Origin: an uncultured Candidatus Saccharibacteria bacterium
Lineage (GTDB): Bacteria; Patescibacteriota; Saccharimonadia; Saccharimonadales; Saccharimonadaceae
Assembly: GCA_964508115.1 (NCBI GenBank)
Contig: CAZDQY010000001.1
Coordinates: 59,015-123,014, forward strand
DNA: 64,000 bases
Reading direction: 5' to 3'
The translations under genes and the position numbers were made by a program. Shown here piece by piece: positions 20,145-29,277 of this stretch; position 1 is the first letter of the stretch; each line of letters starts with the position of its first letter. The notes beneath the pieces are model-generated. The model worked only from the letters and a program-made list of their open reading frames with translations, made no database searches and was not told where the DNA came from.

Positions 20145-21299
20145 ATGGAACTAACTGTAATCGGTTTGCTCACCGTTGTAATCGTCATCCTTATCGTTAT
20201 TCTATTCCGGCGTCCTAGCCAGCAAAACTTCGATACCTCTAAGCTAGAGGAACGCCTCATCCGCGTCGAGGCCGAACTTGATAAGATTGCGCCCAAGATC
20301 GAAAATGAGTTTCGCGACAATCGTAAAGAAATCTCCGATAACCTCCAGAGCATCCAGAAAACCGTCGATACGCGTGTGAAAAGTCTTCAAGATGATAATT
20401 CAAAGAAGCTTGAAGAAATGCGCATGACCGTCGACGAAAAACTCCAGAAGTCAGTCGAGCACCGTTTTAATGAAAGTTTCAAACAAATCTCCGGTCAGCT
20501 CACGCAGGTTTATCAAGGTCTCGGCGAGATGAAGACCCTCGCTACTGGCGTCGGCGACCTCAAGAAGGTCATGGAGGGCGTTAAGACCCGTGGCATCTAC
20601 GGCGAAGTTCAACTCGGTAATATCATTTCTGATTGCATGGCGCCTGAACAATATGTTGAGAATATCGCCACGAAAAAAGGTAGCAATGATCGTGTCGAGT
20701 TCGCCATCAAGATGCCGGGTAAAGACGACCTTACTGTCTACCTGCCGATCGACTCAAAATTTCCAGTCGAGAACTACAGCCGCCTACTTGCTGCCTACGA
20801 GAAGGGAAATAAAACCGACATTGAGCTTTTGCGCAAAGCCTTGTCGAACGACGTCAAAGAGCAAGCAAAGAAGATTTCTACTAAATACCTCGATCCACCG
20901 CTCACCACCGACTTCGGCATTATGTTCGTACCGACCGAGAGTCTCTATGCTGAGATTTTGCGTATTCCAGGCCTCTCTGATGATATTCGCCAGAAATACA
21001 ACGTGACGATTTCTTCACCGTCCACATTACCCGTAATTCTTTCCGGTCTCACCATGGGTTTTCGTAGTGTCGCTATCGAAAAACGTTCGGCTGAAGTCTG
21101 GCAGACTCTCGGTGCTGTTAAGACCCAGTTTGGTAAGTTTGGCGACCTTCTTGCCGCTACGAAAAAGAAGCTCGAAGAAACTGCCAATAAAATTGGTAGC
21201 GCTGAGACAACGTCGCGTCAGATCGAACGCAAGCTAAAGTCAGTCGAGAGTTTGCCTGAGAGCGAAAGCATTAAAATGATTGGAGATGTAGAGGTATAA
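20145..21299 (+). CDS. rmuC: DNA recombination protein RmuC
   Basis: N-terminal TM, coiled coil, KTRGIYGE, LPIDSKFP, FGIMFVPTESLY, SPSTL. Confidence 0.92.
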   Translation: MELTVIGLLTVVIVILIVILFRRPSQQNFDTSKLEERLIRVEAELDKIAPKIENEFRDNRKEISDNLQSIQKTVDTRVKSLQDDNSKKLEEMRMTVDEKLQKSVEHRFNESFKQISGQLTQVYQGLGEMKTLATGVGDLKKVMEGVKTRGIYGEVQLGNIISDCMAPEQYVENIATKKGSNDRVEFAIKMPGKDDLTVYLPIDSKFPVENYSRLLAAYEKGNKTDIELLRKALSNDVKEQAKKISTKYLDPPLTTDFGIMFVPTESLYAEILRIPGLSDDIRQKYNVTISSPSTLPVILSGLTMGFRSVAIEKRSAEVWQTLGAVKTQFGKFGDLLAATKKKLEETANKIGSAETTSRQIERKLKSVESLPESESIKMIGDVEV

Positions 21300-21303
21300 A
21301 GAT

Positions 21304-22104
21304 ATGCGTACAATCAAGGGATATCTAGATGAATGGCGAATACAAGAATATCTGTTGATTACGTTTTTTATTAGTTGGCTTAGCTGGGGTATCCTTATCT
21401 TGCTCACTACCTTAAAAGTTGTGCCATTCACTAGCATACTCGGTACTATCCTCTTTACAATTGGCGGCTTTGGCCCAACCATTTCTGCCATTATGTGTAT
21501 AGAGGGTAAGCTTAGCTTTAAGAAGCTCAAAGACTTTATTTTTAGCCACCGCAAGAGGACTATCGTCTACTTACTTCTGTTCGCCATCCTTGAAGCTGTT
21601 GTGATCGGGCTATCATCAATGGAAACGAATAGTAATATCATGTGGTACTATTTGCCTATCATGTTTATTGTCTGCGCGTTTTTCGGTGGGGGGAACGAAG
21701 AACTCGGTTGGCGTGGCACCTTGCAGCCATTAATAGAACGTGTCTTCGTAAAGAAAATCAAGAATCAAGCCCTTTCTTACACCGTTGCCACGCTCTGCGT
21801 CGGTCTGATATGGGCGCTTTGGCACTTACCGCTCTGGTTCGTCGGTGGTAGCACGCAGCAAGGTATCAACTTCGGTCTCTTTACCGTCTCTGCAGTTTGC
21901 CTATCCTTCTGGCTAGCCTGCCTATACCGCTGCACGCATTCTGTGTTTTACTGCATGCTACTCCACGGTCTCTCAAACGTTCTTTTCGGCTTCTTTGCCA
22001 TTAAGGTCAACTGGCTACTATGCTTGGGCTTTGCCGTCATTACAGCTATATCCATCGTGCTCGGCAACAAGTCTAAGCCTGTGGCCAAGATCTCGGAGGG
22101 CTAA
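21304..22104 (+). CDS. CPBP (CAAX/Abi) family intramembrane metalloprotease
   Basis: EELGWRG, WALWHLP and LLHGLSN motifs in a multi-TM protein. Confidence 0.9.
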   Translation: MRTIKGYLDEWRIQEYLLITFFISWLSWGILILLTTLKVVPFTSILGTILFTIGGFGPTISAIMCIEGKLSFKKLKDFIFSHRKRTIVYLLLFAILEAVVIGLSSMETNSNIMWYYLPIMFIVCAFFGGGNEELGWRGTLQPLIERVFVKKIKNQALSYTVATLCVGLIWALWHLPLWFVGGSTQQGINFGLFTVSAVCLSFWLACLYRCTHSVFYCMLLHGLSNVLFGFFAIKVNWLLCLGFAVITAISIVLGNKSKPVAKISEG

Positions 22105-22833
22105 ATGTCTATCGGAACAGTCGCCACATGGTTCTTGCTCTTCCTTACTTATTCATCCATAGGCTGGGCCATGGAGGTAATCGTTAGCGTGCATATGCAT
22201 CATAAGCCCAGCAACCGAGGCTTCTTGATTGGCCCGCTCTGCCCAATTTACGGGTTTGGCGTGCTTCTGGTCAGCCTCTTATTGCAGGGCGCTGAAAATA
22301 TAATTGAGATTTTCGTCGTGGCGACTCTCGCTAGCGCCGTCCTCGAATATACTACTAGCCTCGTCATGGAGAAGATCTTTCGTGTGCGCTGGTGGGACTA
22401 TAGCAAAGATCCGCTAAATCTCAACGGGCGGGTCTGCCTCAAGAATTTAGTTTACTTCGGTATCATGGGTGTCATCGTAATGCGTTTCACTAACCCGTTC
22501 TTTCTGAGCTTATATAATAACATCAATGAGACTGTTCGCATTATTATCGCCGCAATCTTACTAGCCCTAATGCTCGCGGACATTGGTGTCTCGCTCTGGC
22601 TTATCATCAAATGTCGTGTCACGGCTGGAACGCTCCAAATCGACGCTACCGACGAAATCACGGCCAATATCCGTGAAGTCCTCATGAAGCAGGGCAAGCT
22701 GAACCGGCGTCTCGCTAAGGCTTTCCCAGAAATGGAAGTTAAAAAGAAAACAAATAGAAACACACCGAAACGTAGCTCTAATAAGCGTACCCACGCCACT
22801 TCAGGCAAGTCAAAATCCGAGCGCACTTCATGA
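22105..22833 (+). CDS. Putative ABC permease, CmpB/DUF1113-like family
   Basis: YSSIGWAME, NRGFLIGPLCPIYGFG, LEYTTS, WWDYS...NLNGRVCL. Confidence 0.8.
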   Translation: MSIGTVATWFLLFLTYSSIGWAMEVIVSVHMHHKPSNRGFLIGPLCPIYGFGVLLVSLLLQGAENIIEIFVVATLASAVLEYTTSLVMEKIFRVRWWDYSKDPLNLNGRVCLKNLVYFGIMGVIVMRFTNPFFLSLYNNINETVRIIIAAILLALMLADIGVSLWLIIKCRVTAGTLQIDATDEITANIREVLMKQGKLNRRLAKAFPEMEVKKKTNRNTPKRSSNKRTHATSGKSKSERTS

Positions 22834-22870
22834 GTTTGTGTTTTTATCAGAATAGATATATAATAAACAT

Positions 22871-23869
22871 ATGTATAAGAAGTTCGTAGAGTTTTTAGAA
22901 GGTAAGAAGAGGATTTGTATTGTTCAGGCCGAGAATCCAGACGGCGATTCGCTCGGCTCTGCTATCGCACTAGACTATTTGCTTACTGATACCGAGAATC
23001 ACCTTTACTGTCCTGTCGACATCCCACGCTACTTACACTACTTTCCTGACTGGTCGCGTGTCGAGATTGACTTCGACTACCGTGCCGATGCCTATATTAT
23101 TGTCGATACCGCCTCAAGCGTATTACTATCGAAGCTACTTGAAGATACTGCGATCAAGAATTGTCTCTATTCTAAGCCCGTCCTCGTGATCGACCATCAC
23201 GAGAGCGAAGACGACCTTGACTTTCCACACGGAGCCATTATCGAAGCACTCCCAGCCTGTGCCGACCTGATTTATAAAATCGCAAAAGACAATGGCCTCG
23301 TCATCACGAAAGAAGCCGCTTCGGCGCTCTATTCGGCGATTTCTTCCGATACGCTCGGCCTCGTCAGCCAGTCTGTCACGGCTGACACCATGCGCGTGAT
23401 GGCGGGCCTCATCGACCTCGGCGCTGATCCTGCCGCTCTTGATGAGGAGCGCCGCGAGTTCATGAAAAAGTCTCCTCGTATCCTCGACTACAAGGCTGAC
23501 CTTATTAAGCGTGTCGATTACTCACTCGACGGCGGACTCGCTACTGTCCATATCCCGTTCGAGGACATCCAACAATACTCTGACGAGTACAACCCTAACG
23601 TCCTTATTCTTGAAGAGCTAAGACTAGTAGAAGGTGTCATCGTCGCGATCGCTATTAAAACTTATCCTGATGGTAAAGTGACCGGGAAGATTCGTAGTAG
23701 CAAGCCTGTCGCTGAGCAAATTGCTGGATACTTTGGTGGCGGTGGGCACCCATATGCTGCTGGCTTCCGTACTTATGATACGAATTATGAAGATGTGGTT
23801 GCTGATGTCGTCAAGATCTTACCAGGCCTCTTAGCGGATTGCGAGAAAGATGGCGAGCCGACTTTATAA
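22871..23869 (+). CDS. DHH/DHHA1 phosphoesterase (NrnA-like oligoribonuclease/pAp phosphatase)
   Basis: NPDGDSLGS, IVDT, IDHH, SDT, GGGGHPYAAG. Confidence 0.88.
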   Translation: MYKKFVEFLEGKKRICIVQAENPDGDSLGSAIALDYLLTDTENHLYCPVDIPRYLHYFPDWSRVEIDFDYRADAYIIVDTASSVLLSKLLEDTAIKNCLYSKPVLVIDHHESEDDLDFPHGAIIEALPACADLIYKIAKDNGLVITKEAASALYSAISSDTLGLVSQSVTADTMRVMAGLIDLGADPAALDEERREFMKKSPRILDYKADLIKRVDYSLDGGLATVHIPFEDIQQYSDEYNPNVLILEELRLVEGVIVAIAIKTYPDGKVTGKIRSSKPVAEQIAGYFGGGGHPYAAGFRTYDTNYEDVVADVVKILPGLLADCEKDGEPTL

Positions 23870-24707
23870 CCTTTCTACCTATTTTTGGCATAAGATTCTG
23901 CGTGTGCCAATCACGCTGCGACCAGCCTACGACAACAAGGTCAAGCATCCCGAACTCACCGTGGTGTTCTTGCATGGTATTAGTGCCAATTCTACTACAT
24001 GGAAGAGTACTTTCCGCGAACTAGAGCAGCAGCCTACGCGAAAACGCGTGCGACTAGTCGCACTTGACCTACTCGGCTTCGGCCGGTCTTTGAGGGCTGA
24101 CTGGCTACGTTATGATGAACGCTGCTACTCGAAAGCCCTTGATCGATCACTTCGCAAGCTCAAGACTCATGGCAAGCTGGTGCTGGTCGGTCATTCCATG
24201 GGTTCACTCATCGCAGCGGACTATGTAGTTAACTACGAAGAGCACGTCGAGCTATGCAAAATGATTCTGGTCTCGCCACCAGTCCTTATGGCGGATGAAT
24301 TAGCCAAGATGCCAGACAAAATCTACAAGAAATCTTATAGCTCGATACATAAGCTTGCGAACAACGTACCAGCAATGGAGACAGTCGCTAAAATTATCCA
24401 GAAGTTCACCAGCTTTCGGAGCGATTATATCAAAACCTGCGCTTTCGAGCGTTCCATGGAGAATATCATCCTCAACCGCAAGAATTATCAGACTTTTGTC
24501 AAGATTAGAGTCCCCACTATAATCATCCATGGACATTTCGACCCATTAGTTATGGGGTCAAACCTACGGCGCATCGCCGCGCATAATCCGCGCTATATTA
24601 AATATGTCAGCGTAATCGGCCAACACGATGTTTCAGTCGGAAAACGTGCTAAAATAATACTAGAGATTAAGAAGACATTGGAAGAACAAGCTCATGAAAC
24701 TATATAA
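23850..24707 (+). CDS. Alpha/beta-fold hydrolase
   Basis: FLHGI oxyanion motif, DLLGFGRS, nucleophile GHSMG, and later D and H candidates (HGHFDP, GQHD). Confidence 0.85.
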   Translation: MASRLYNLSTYFWHKILRVPITLRPAYDNKVKHPELTVVFLHGISANSTTWKSTFRELEQQPTRKRVRLVALDLLGFGRSLRADWLRYDERCYSKALDRSLRKLKTHGKLVLVGHSMGSLIAADYVVNYEEHVELCKMILVSPPVLMADELAKMPDKIYKKSYSSIHKLANNVPAMETVAKIIQKFTSFRSDYIKTCAFERSMENIILNRKNYQTFVKIRVPTIIIHGHFDPLVMGSNLRRIAAHNPRYIKYVSVIGQHDVSVGKRAKIILEIKKTLEEQAHETI

Positions 24708-26037
24708 TACATTATCGCGTAAAGTCGAGACCTTCAGCCCATTTAATCCTGAAGAAGTGAAAATCTACACCTGCGGCCCGACGGTCTACAGCCAGCCTCA
24801 CATCGGTAATTTCGCGGCTTATATCTACTGGGACCTGCTCGTACGTACCTTGCTCGCTAATGATTACGGTGTCAAGCGCGTCCTCAACCTCACCGATGTT
24901 GGCCATCTTACTTCAGACGCAGATAATGGCGAAGACAAACTCGAAAAGGGTGCTCGTCAGCTGGGCGATACGGTTTGGGCGGTAGCCGAGCGCTATATTG
25001 GCTCTTTCCAACGTGATTATGAGAAGCTAGACCTCATCCAGCCAGATGTCTGGGCCCGCGCGACCGATTATATCGAAGAGGACAAAGCTATTGTCCAAGC
25101 TTTGATCGAGAAAGGCTACACCTACGAGACCAGCGACGGTATTTATTTCGACACTAGTAAGTTTTCAGCATATGCTGACTTCGCCAGGCTAGACCTCGAT
25201 AATCTACGTGCTGGTGCTCGTGTAGAATATTCGGACGAAAAAAAACATCCTTCCGACTTCGCTGTCTGGAAATTCATCCAGCCAGGTGAGCAGCACGCCA
25301 TGCGCTGGGATTTCCTTGGTCAGCCTGGCTACCCCGGCTGGCATCTAGAGTGCTCGGCAATCATTCACACTGAGCTTGGCGAAACCATTGACATCCATAC
25401 TGGTGGTATAGATCATATTCCGGTGCATCACACTAATGAAATTGCTCAAACTGAAGCTGCCTTTGATAAGAAGCTCTCTAAGTATTGGCTACATTGTAAT
25501 TTTCTCACCATCGACAAACAGAAGATTTCTAAGTCGCTTGGTAATATCTGGACGCTTGACGACCTCGCCGCCAAGGACTACTCTCCGCTCGATTTCAAAA
25601 TGTGGGTCCTACAAGGACATTATCAATCCGAGCGCGACTTTAACTTCGAGAACCTCGAGGCTGCGCGCATTCGTCGTCTCAACTGGCGTAATCGCATCGC
25701 TGAAGCCTATCAGAACACTTATGGCCCGACCGATTTGACCAAGATATTAGATGCAGTCAGCGACAATCTAAACTCTCCGCTCGCTTTCTCGCTCATTGAC
25801 CAGACCGAGGGGGCCGATCTCAACTTCTGGCGCAGAGTTGACGCACTGTTCGGTCTTGGACTGATTAACGATTCGCCAATGATTGATGATGAAGCGCAAC
25901 GTTTGCTTACTTTGCGTAGCGATGCCAAGGCTAAACGCGATTACGCTGAGGCTGACCGGATTCGTGATGAGCTTTTAGCGCGAAACATCGCCGTCAAAGA
26001 TACTGGCGCAGGGCAGGTCTGGCAATATGCTAGATAG
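24694..26037 (+). CDS. cysS: Cysteinyl-tRNA synthetase
   Basis: YTCGPTVY, HIGN, GYPGWHLECSA, DIHTGGIDHIPVHHTNE, KISKS, ADRIRDEL. Confidence 0.97.
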   Translation: MKLYNTLSRKVETFSPFNPEEVKIYTCGPTVYSQPHIGNFAAYIYWDLLVRTLLANDYGVKRVLNLTDVGHLTSDADNGEDKLEKGARQLGDTVWAVAERYIGSFQRDYEKLDLIQPDVWARATDYIEEDKAIVQALIEKGYTYETSDGIYFDTSKFSAYADFARLDLDNLRAGARVEYSDEKKHPSDFAVWKFIQPGEQHAMRWDFLGQPGYPGWHLECSAIIHTELGETIDIHTGGIDHIPVHHTNEIAQTEAAFDKKLSKYWLHCNFLTIDKQKISKSLGNIWTLDDLAAKDYSPLDFKMWVLQGHYQSERDFNFENLEAARIRRLNWRNRIAEAYQNTYGPTDLTKILDAVSDNLNSPLAFSLIDQTEGADLNFWRRVDALFGLGLINDSPMIDDEAQRLLTLRSDAKAKRDYAEADRIRDELLARNIAVKDTGAGQVWQYAR

Positions 26038-26075
26038 TTTACCTTTGCTTAAGAAATTTATGGTAGAATAATATC

Positions 26076-26819
26076 ATGGGAAAAGTAATTGAGGTTAAAG
26101 ATCTAGTCAAAGTCTACGGGAAGAGGAGTACAGCTTTTGAAGCGCTAAAAGGTGTCGATCTAGACATCGAGGCCGGCGAATCTGTCGCTATCGTTGGCAA
26201 GTCCGGTTCGGGTAAGTCTACTTTGATGCATCTGTTAGCCCTACTTGATAAGCCGACCTCTGGTGTAATTAATATCGATGGCATTGATTCTACTAAACTG
26301 AGCGCTAGCGAACTCAATAAGCTGCGCAACCATACTTTTGGCTTCGTCTTCCAGCAATTCTTTATGAACCCGAACGATACTGTTATTGAAAATGTCATGC
26401 TCCCACTCAAGATCGCTGGCGTTAGCCGCAGGGAACGTCGTAATCGCGCCGAGCGGGCCTTGACTACCGTTGGTCTCAGCGAACGCAAACGTAATAAGGC
26501 CACCGACCTTTCTGGCGGTCAAAAACAGCGCGTTTGTATCGCTCGTGCCATCGTCAACGATCCGAAAATTATTTTTGCCGATGAGCCTACAGGCAACCTT
26601 GATTCTGCTACAGGCGACCAAGTTGTCAAACTTTTATTTGACCTAAATAAAGAAAAGGGCGCCACGCTCATCATCGTCACCCATGACGAGGACCTTGCTC
26701 GTCTTTGCGATCGTCAAATCCGTATTTCTGATGGCAAAATTATCGAAGGGTTAGAGGATGAGCCGAAGGGTGAATGGGTTGATGGTAAATGGAAAATGAA
26801 GATCAAATTGGAGGCCTAA
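26076..26819 (+). CDS. ABC transporter ATPase (LolD/MacB-like)
   Basis: GKSGSGKST, LSGGQKQRV, FADEPTGNLD, VTHD. Confidence 0.92.
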   Translation: MGKVIEVKDLVKVYGKRSTAFEALKGVDLDIEAGESVAIVGKSGSGKSTLMHLLALLDKPTSGVINIDGIDSTKLSASELNKLRNHTFGFVFQQFFMNPNDTVIENVMLPLKIAGVSRRERRNRAERALTTVGLSERKRNKATDLSGGQKQRVCIARAIVNDPKIIFADEPTGNLDSATGDQVVKLLFDLNKEKGATLIIVTHDEDLARLCDRQIRISDGKIIEGLEDEPKGEWVDGKWKMKIKLEA

Positions 26820-26820
26820 T

Positions 26821-28116
26821 ATGGGATTTTTCGAAATAATTCGTAGCGCTAATCACAACCTTCTCCGTAATAAGGCTCGCACCATTCTGACTATTATTGC
26901 GATTTTTATCGGTAGCTTTACAATCGCGCTAAATTCCGCTATTAACTCCGGTGTCAACAATTTCATCGATGACCAGACCGCTAGCCTCGGTGGGGATGAT
27001 TATATTATGGTAATGCCTGAGGGATCGGTCAATGCGGTAGGCTCAATGATGATGGCGAGCAGCGACGAGCCGCGCGAATACGACCCTGCGCAAACTTTGA
27101 CCGCTTTTAGCGCCGAACAGCTTGAGAAACTCAAAAATATCGACGGTATTGATGGTGATAATCTCTATATTGCTAAGCAAATTCCAGTCGAATATATCAC
27201 CAGCCAAGATACCAACAAGAAGTATACAATTAATATCGGCGCGATGCCTCCTGGTGATTTCAATATCGCCACGACAGCTGGTGGTTTGCCAGACCGCAAC
27301 GCCAAAGAATACGAGATCACTTTAGAACCTGGCTATCCAAAAGCGCTTGGATTCGCCTCCGACGAAGATGCTATTGGCAAGACCGTTGAGCTGGTGATGC
27401 TTGACCCAGTTAGTGAAGAGGCGCTTACCTATAAGGCGAAGGTTGTCGGTGTGCAGGCTAAGGGGGTTGTCGCCGTGAATGGCTCCATTGTCAATCCAGC
27501 TCTAGAAACCGCCATGTATGATGATGTTGCCAAGTACTATCCTGCCGAACAAAAAGATACTGCCTATGCAGTCCAGACTCGTTTTGACATCAATAAATAT
27601 ACTGAATCAGAAATAAAAGACATCCTCCGCGAAAATGGCTTCTATGGCATGACTGTCTCTGATATGATGGGCGCTATCCGCACTTTCTTTGATGTTATTA
27701 TGATAGTCTTCACCATCTTTGGTGGCATTGCGCTGCTCGCCGCGGCGATCGGCATCATTAATACTCTTCTCATGTCGGTCGAAGAACGCACTCGCGAGAT
27801 CGGCCTCGATAAGGCTTTAGGTATGTCATCCACTAAGATCTTCCTTAGTTTTTCCGTTGAAGCTATCTCGCTGGGTTTCTGGGGCTCCGCTCTCGGCGTA
27901 GCTCTCGCTATGATTGTCGGCCATATCGTGAATTTTGTCGTGCATCAGCCAGGTGGTTTCCTCGAGGTTTTCCCAACTTTCAACCTCTTCAATTTTACGC
28001 TACAAGGAATGCTCCCAATCATCGGCACCGTCATGATAATTGCCCTTGTCGCTGGTACTGTACCAGCCTGGAAGGCTGCACATAAGAACCCTATCGATGC
28101 CTTGAGGTATGAGTAA
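26821..28116 (+). CDS. ABC transporter permease (MacB/FtsX family)
   Basis: NKARTILT + TM, extracellular domain, EERTREIGLDKALG, C-terminal NPIDALRYE. Confidence 0.92.
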   Translation: MGFFEIIRSANHNLLRNKARTILTIIAIFIGSFTIALNSAINSGVNNFIDDQTASLGGDDYIMVMPEGSVNAVGSMMMASSDEPREYDPAQTLTAFSAEQLEKLKNIDGIDGDNLYIAKQIPVEYITSQDTNKKYTINIGAMPPGDFNIATTAGGLPDRNAKEYEITLEPGYPKALGFASDEDAIGKTVELVMLDPVSEEALTYKAKVVGVQAKGVVAVNGSIVNPALETAMYDDVAKYYPAEQKDTAYAVQTRFDINKYTESEIKDILRENGFYGMTVSDMMGAIRTFFDVIMIVFTIFGGIALLAAAIGIINTLLMSVEERTREIGLDKALGMSSTKIFLSFSVEAISLGFWGSALGVALAMIVGHIVNFVVHQPGGFLEVFPTFNLFNFTLQGMLPIIGTVMIIALVAGTVPAWKAAHKNPIDALRYE

Positions 28117-29277
28117 ATGGAACCGCTCCGCATAGAAAAGCTTATCCCAGGTGGGCAGGCGCTCGGGACGTTGTCTAGTGGCAAAAAAGTTATGCTCTGG
28201 GGTGCCTTACCTAGTGAAACCGTCACAAACTGGGAAGTCGCCAAAGACAAGAAGAACTATTGCGAGGGAGTCGCGCTGGAAGTTTCCGAGGCGTCTCCAT
28301 ATCGCATAGCTCCTCGTGATGATATTTATCTCGCCACTTCTCCTTGGCAAATTCTCGATTATGATTACGAACTTGCGCAAAAGAAAGAGCTACTTGGTGA
28401 GATCATCCGCCAGCAAAAGCTGGATGGTATAGAAATTAGCGACGTACAGACCGACGGTAAAGCCTATCAGTACCGCAACAAAATGGAGTATGCGCTCTAT
28501 TATGACAACGAAGCAACTAGAATCTTTGCGGCCTTCCGCGCTCGTGGTACACATCGGAAAATACCTGTCTTTCAGTCTAGTATTGAGCGACCAGAAATTT
28601 GGCAAGCTGCTAGCGAGATTATCGCTAATATGAACCGTCGCGGCGATGAAGCACGTAAATATCAGTCGCTCCTACTTCGCTGCAATCAAGCTGGCGAAGT
28701 CAGCGGTGGCTTACTCAAGAATGGTAAGTCCCATCCAAAGTTCCCTAACCTTCAAGATACAATTCTGGGTGAGAACTACAGCTATTCACCTAACGGCTTC
28801 TTTCAGATCAACCTACCAGTCTACGAAATGGTTCTCAAAGAGATTAAACAGTCGATTGTGCTAGACGATGTGCTTGACCTCTATGCTGGCGTCGGAACAA
28901 TCGGGCTTTCTGTGGCGCGCGACCGCCAGCTCACTCTTGTAGAATGCGATAAGTCAGCCTACGCTGAAATGGAGAACAACTGCAAGGGGACTACCGCTCG
29001 ACCCATTTTAGCCAAGTCTGAAGATGCTTTAGGCTTCATCCGACATGAGCAGACTATTATTATCGACCCGCCTCGTGCTGGTTGTTTGCCAGTCGTCATC
29101 GACCGAATTCACGAAGTGCGGCCTGCGCAGCTCATCTATCTATCTTGTAATCCGATTACGCAGATGCGCGACCTTAGCTTGCTGGCTGATGTCTACGCCG
29201 TACAGAAATGCATCCCCTACAATTTCTTCCCACGCACACCACATCTAGAAAACCTGGTTATATTGGAACGCAAATAA
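28117..29277 (+). CDS. RNA m5U methyltransferase (RlmD/TrmA family)
   Basis: TRAM-like N-terminus, YRNKMEY, FFQIN, LDLYAGVGTIG, DPPRAG, catalytic YLSCNP, FPRTPHLE. Confidence 0.9.
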   Translation: MEPLRIEKLIPGGQALGTLSSGKKVMLWGALPSETVTNWEVAKDKKNYCEGVALEVSEASPYRIAPRDDIYLATSPWQILDYDYELAQKKELLGEIIRQQKLDGIEISDVQTDGKAYQYRNKMEYALYYDNEATRIFAAFRARGTHRKIPVFQSSIERPEIWQAASEIIANMNRRGDEARKYQSLLLRCNQAGEVSGGLLKNGKSHPKFPNLQDTILGENYSYSPNGFFQINLPVYEMVLKEIKQSIVLDDVLDLYAGVGTIGLSVARDRQLTLVECDKSAYAEMENNCKGTTARPILAKSEDALGFIRHEQTIIIDPPRAGCLPVVIDRIHEVRPAQLIYLSCNPITQMRDLSLLADVYAVQKCIPYNFFPRTPHLENLVILERK

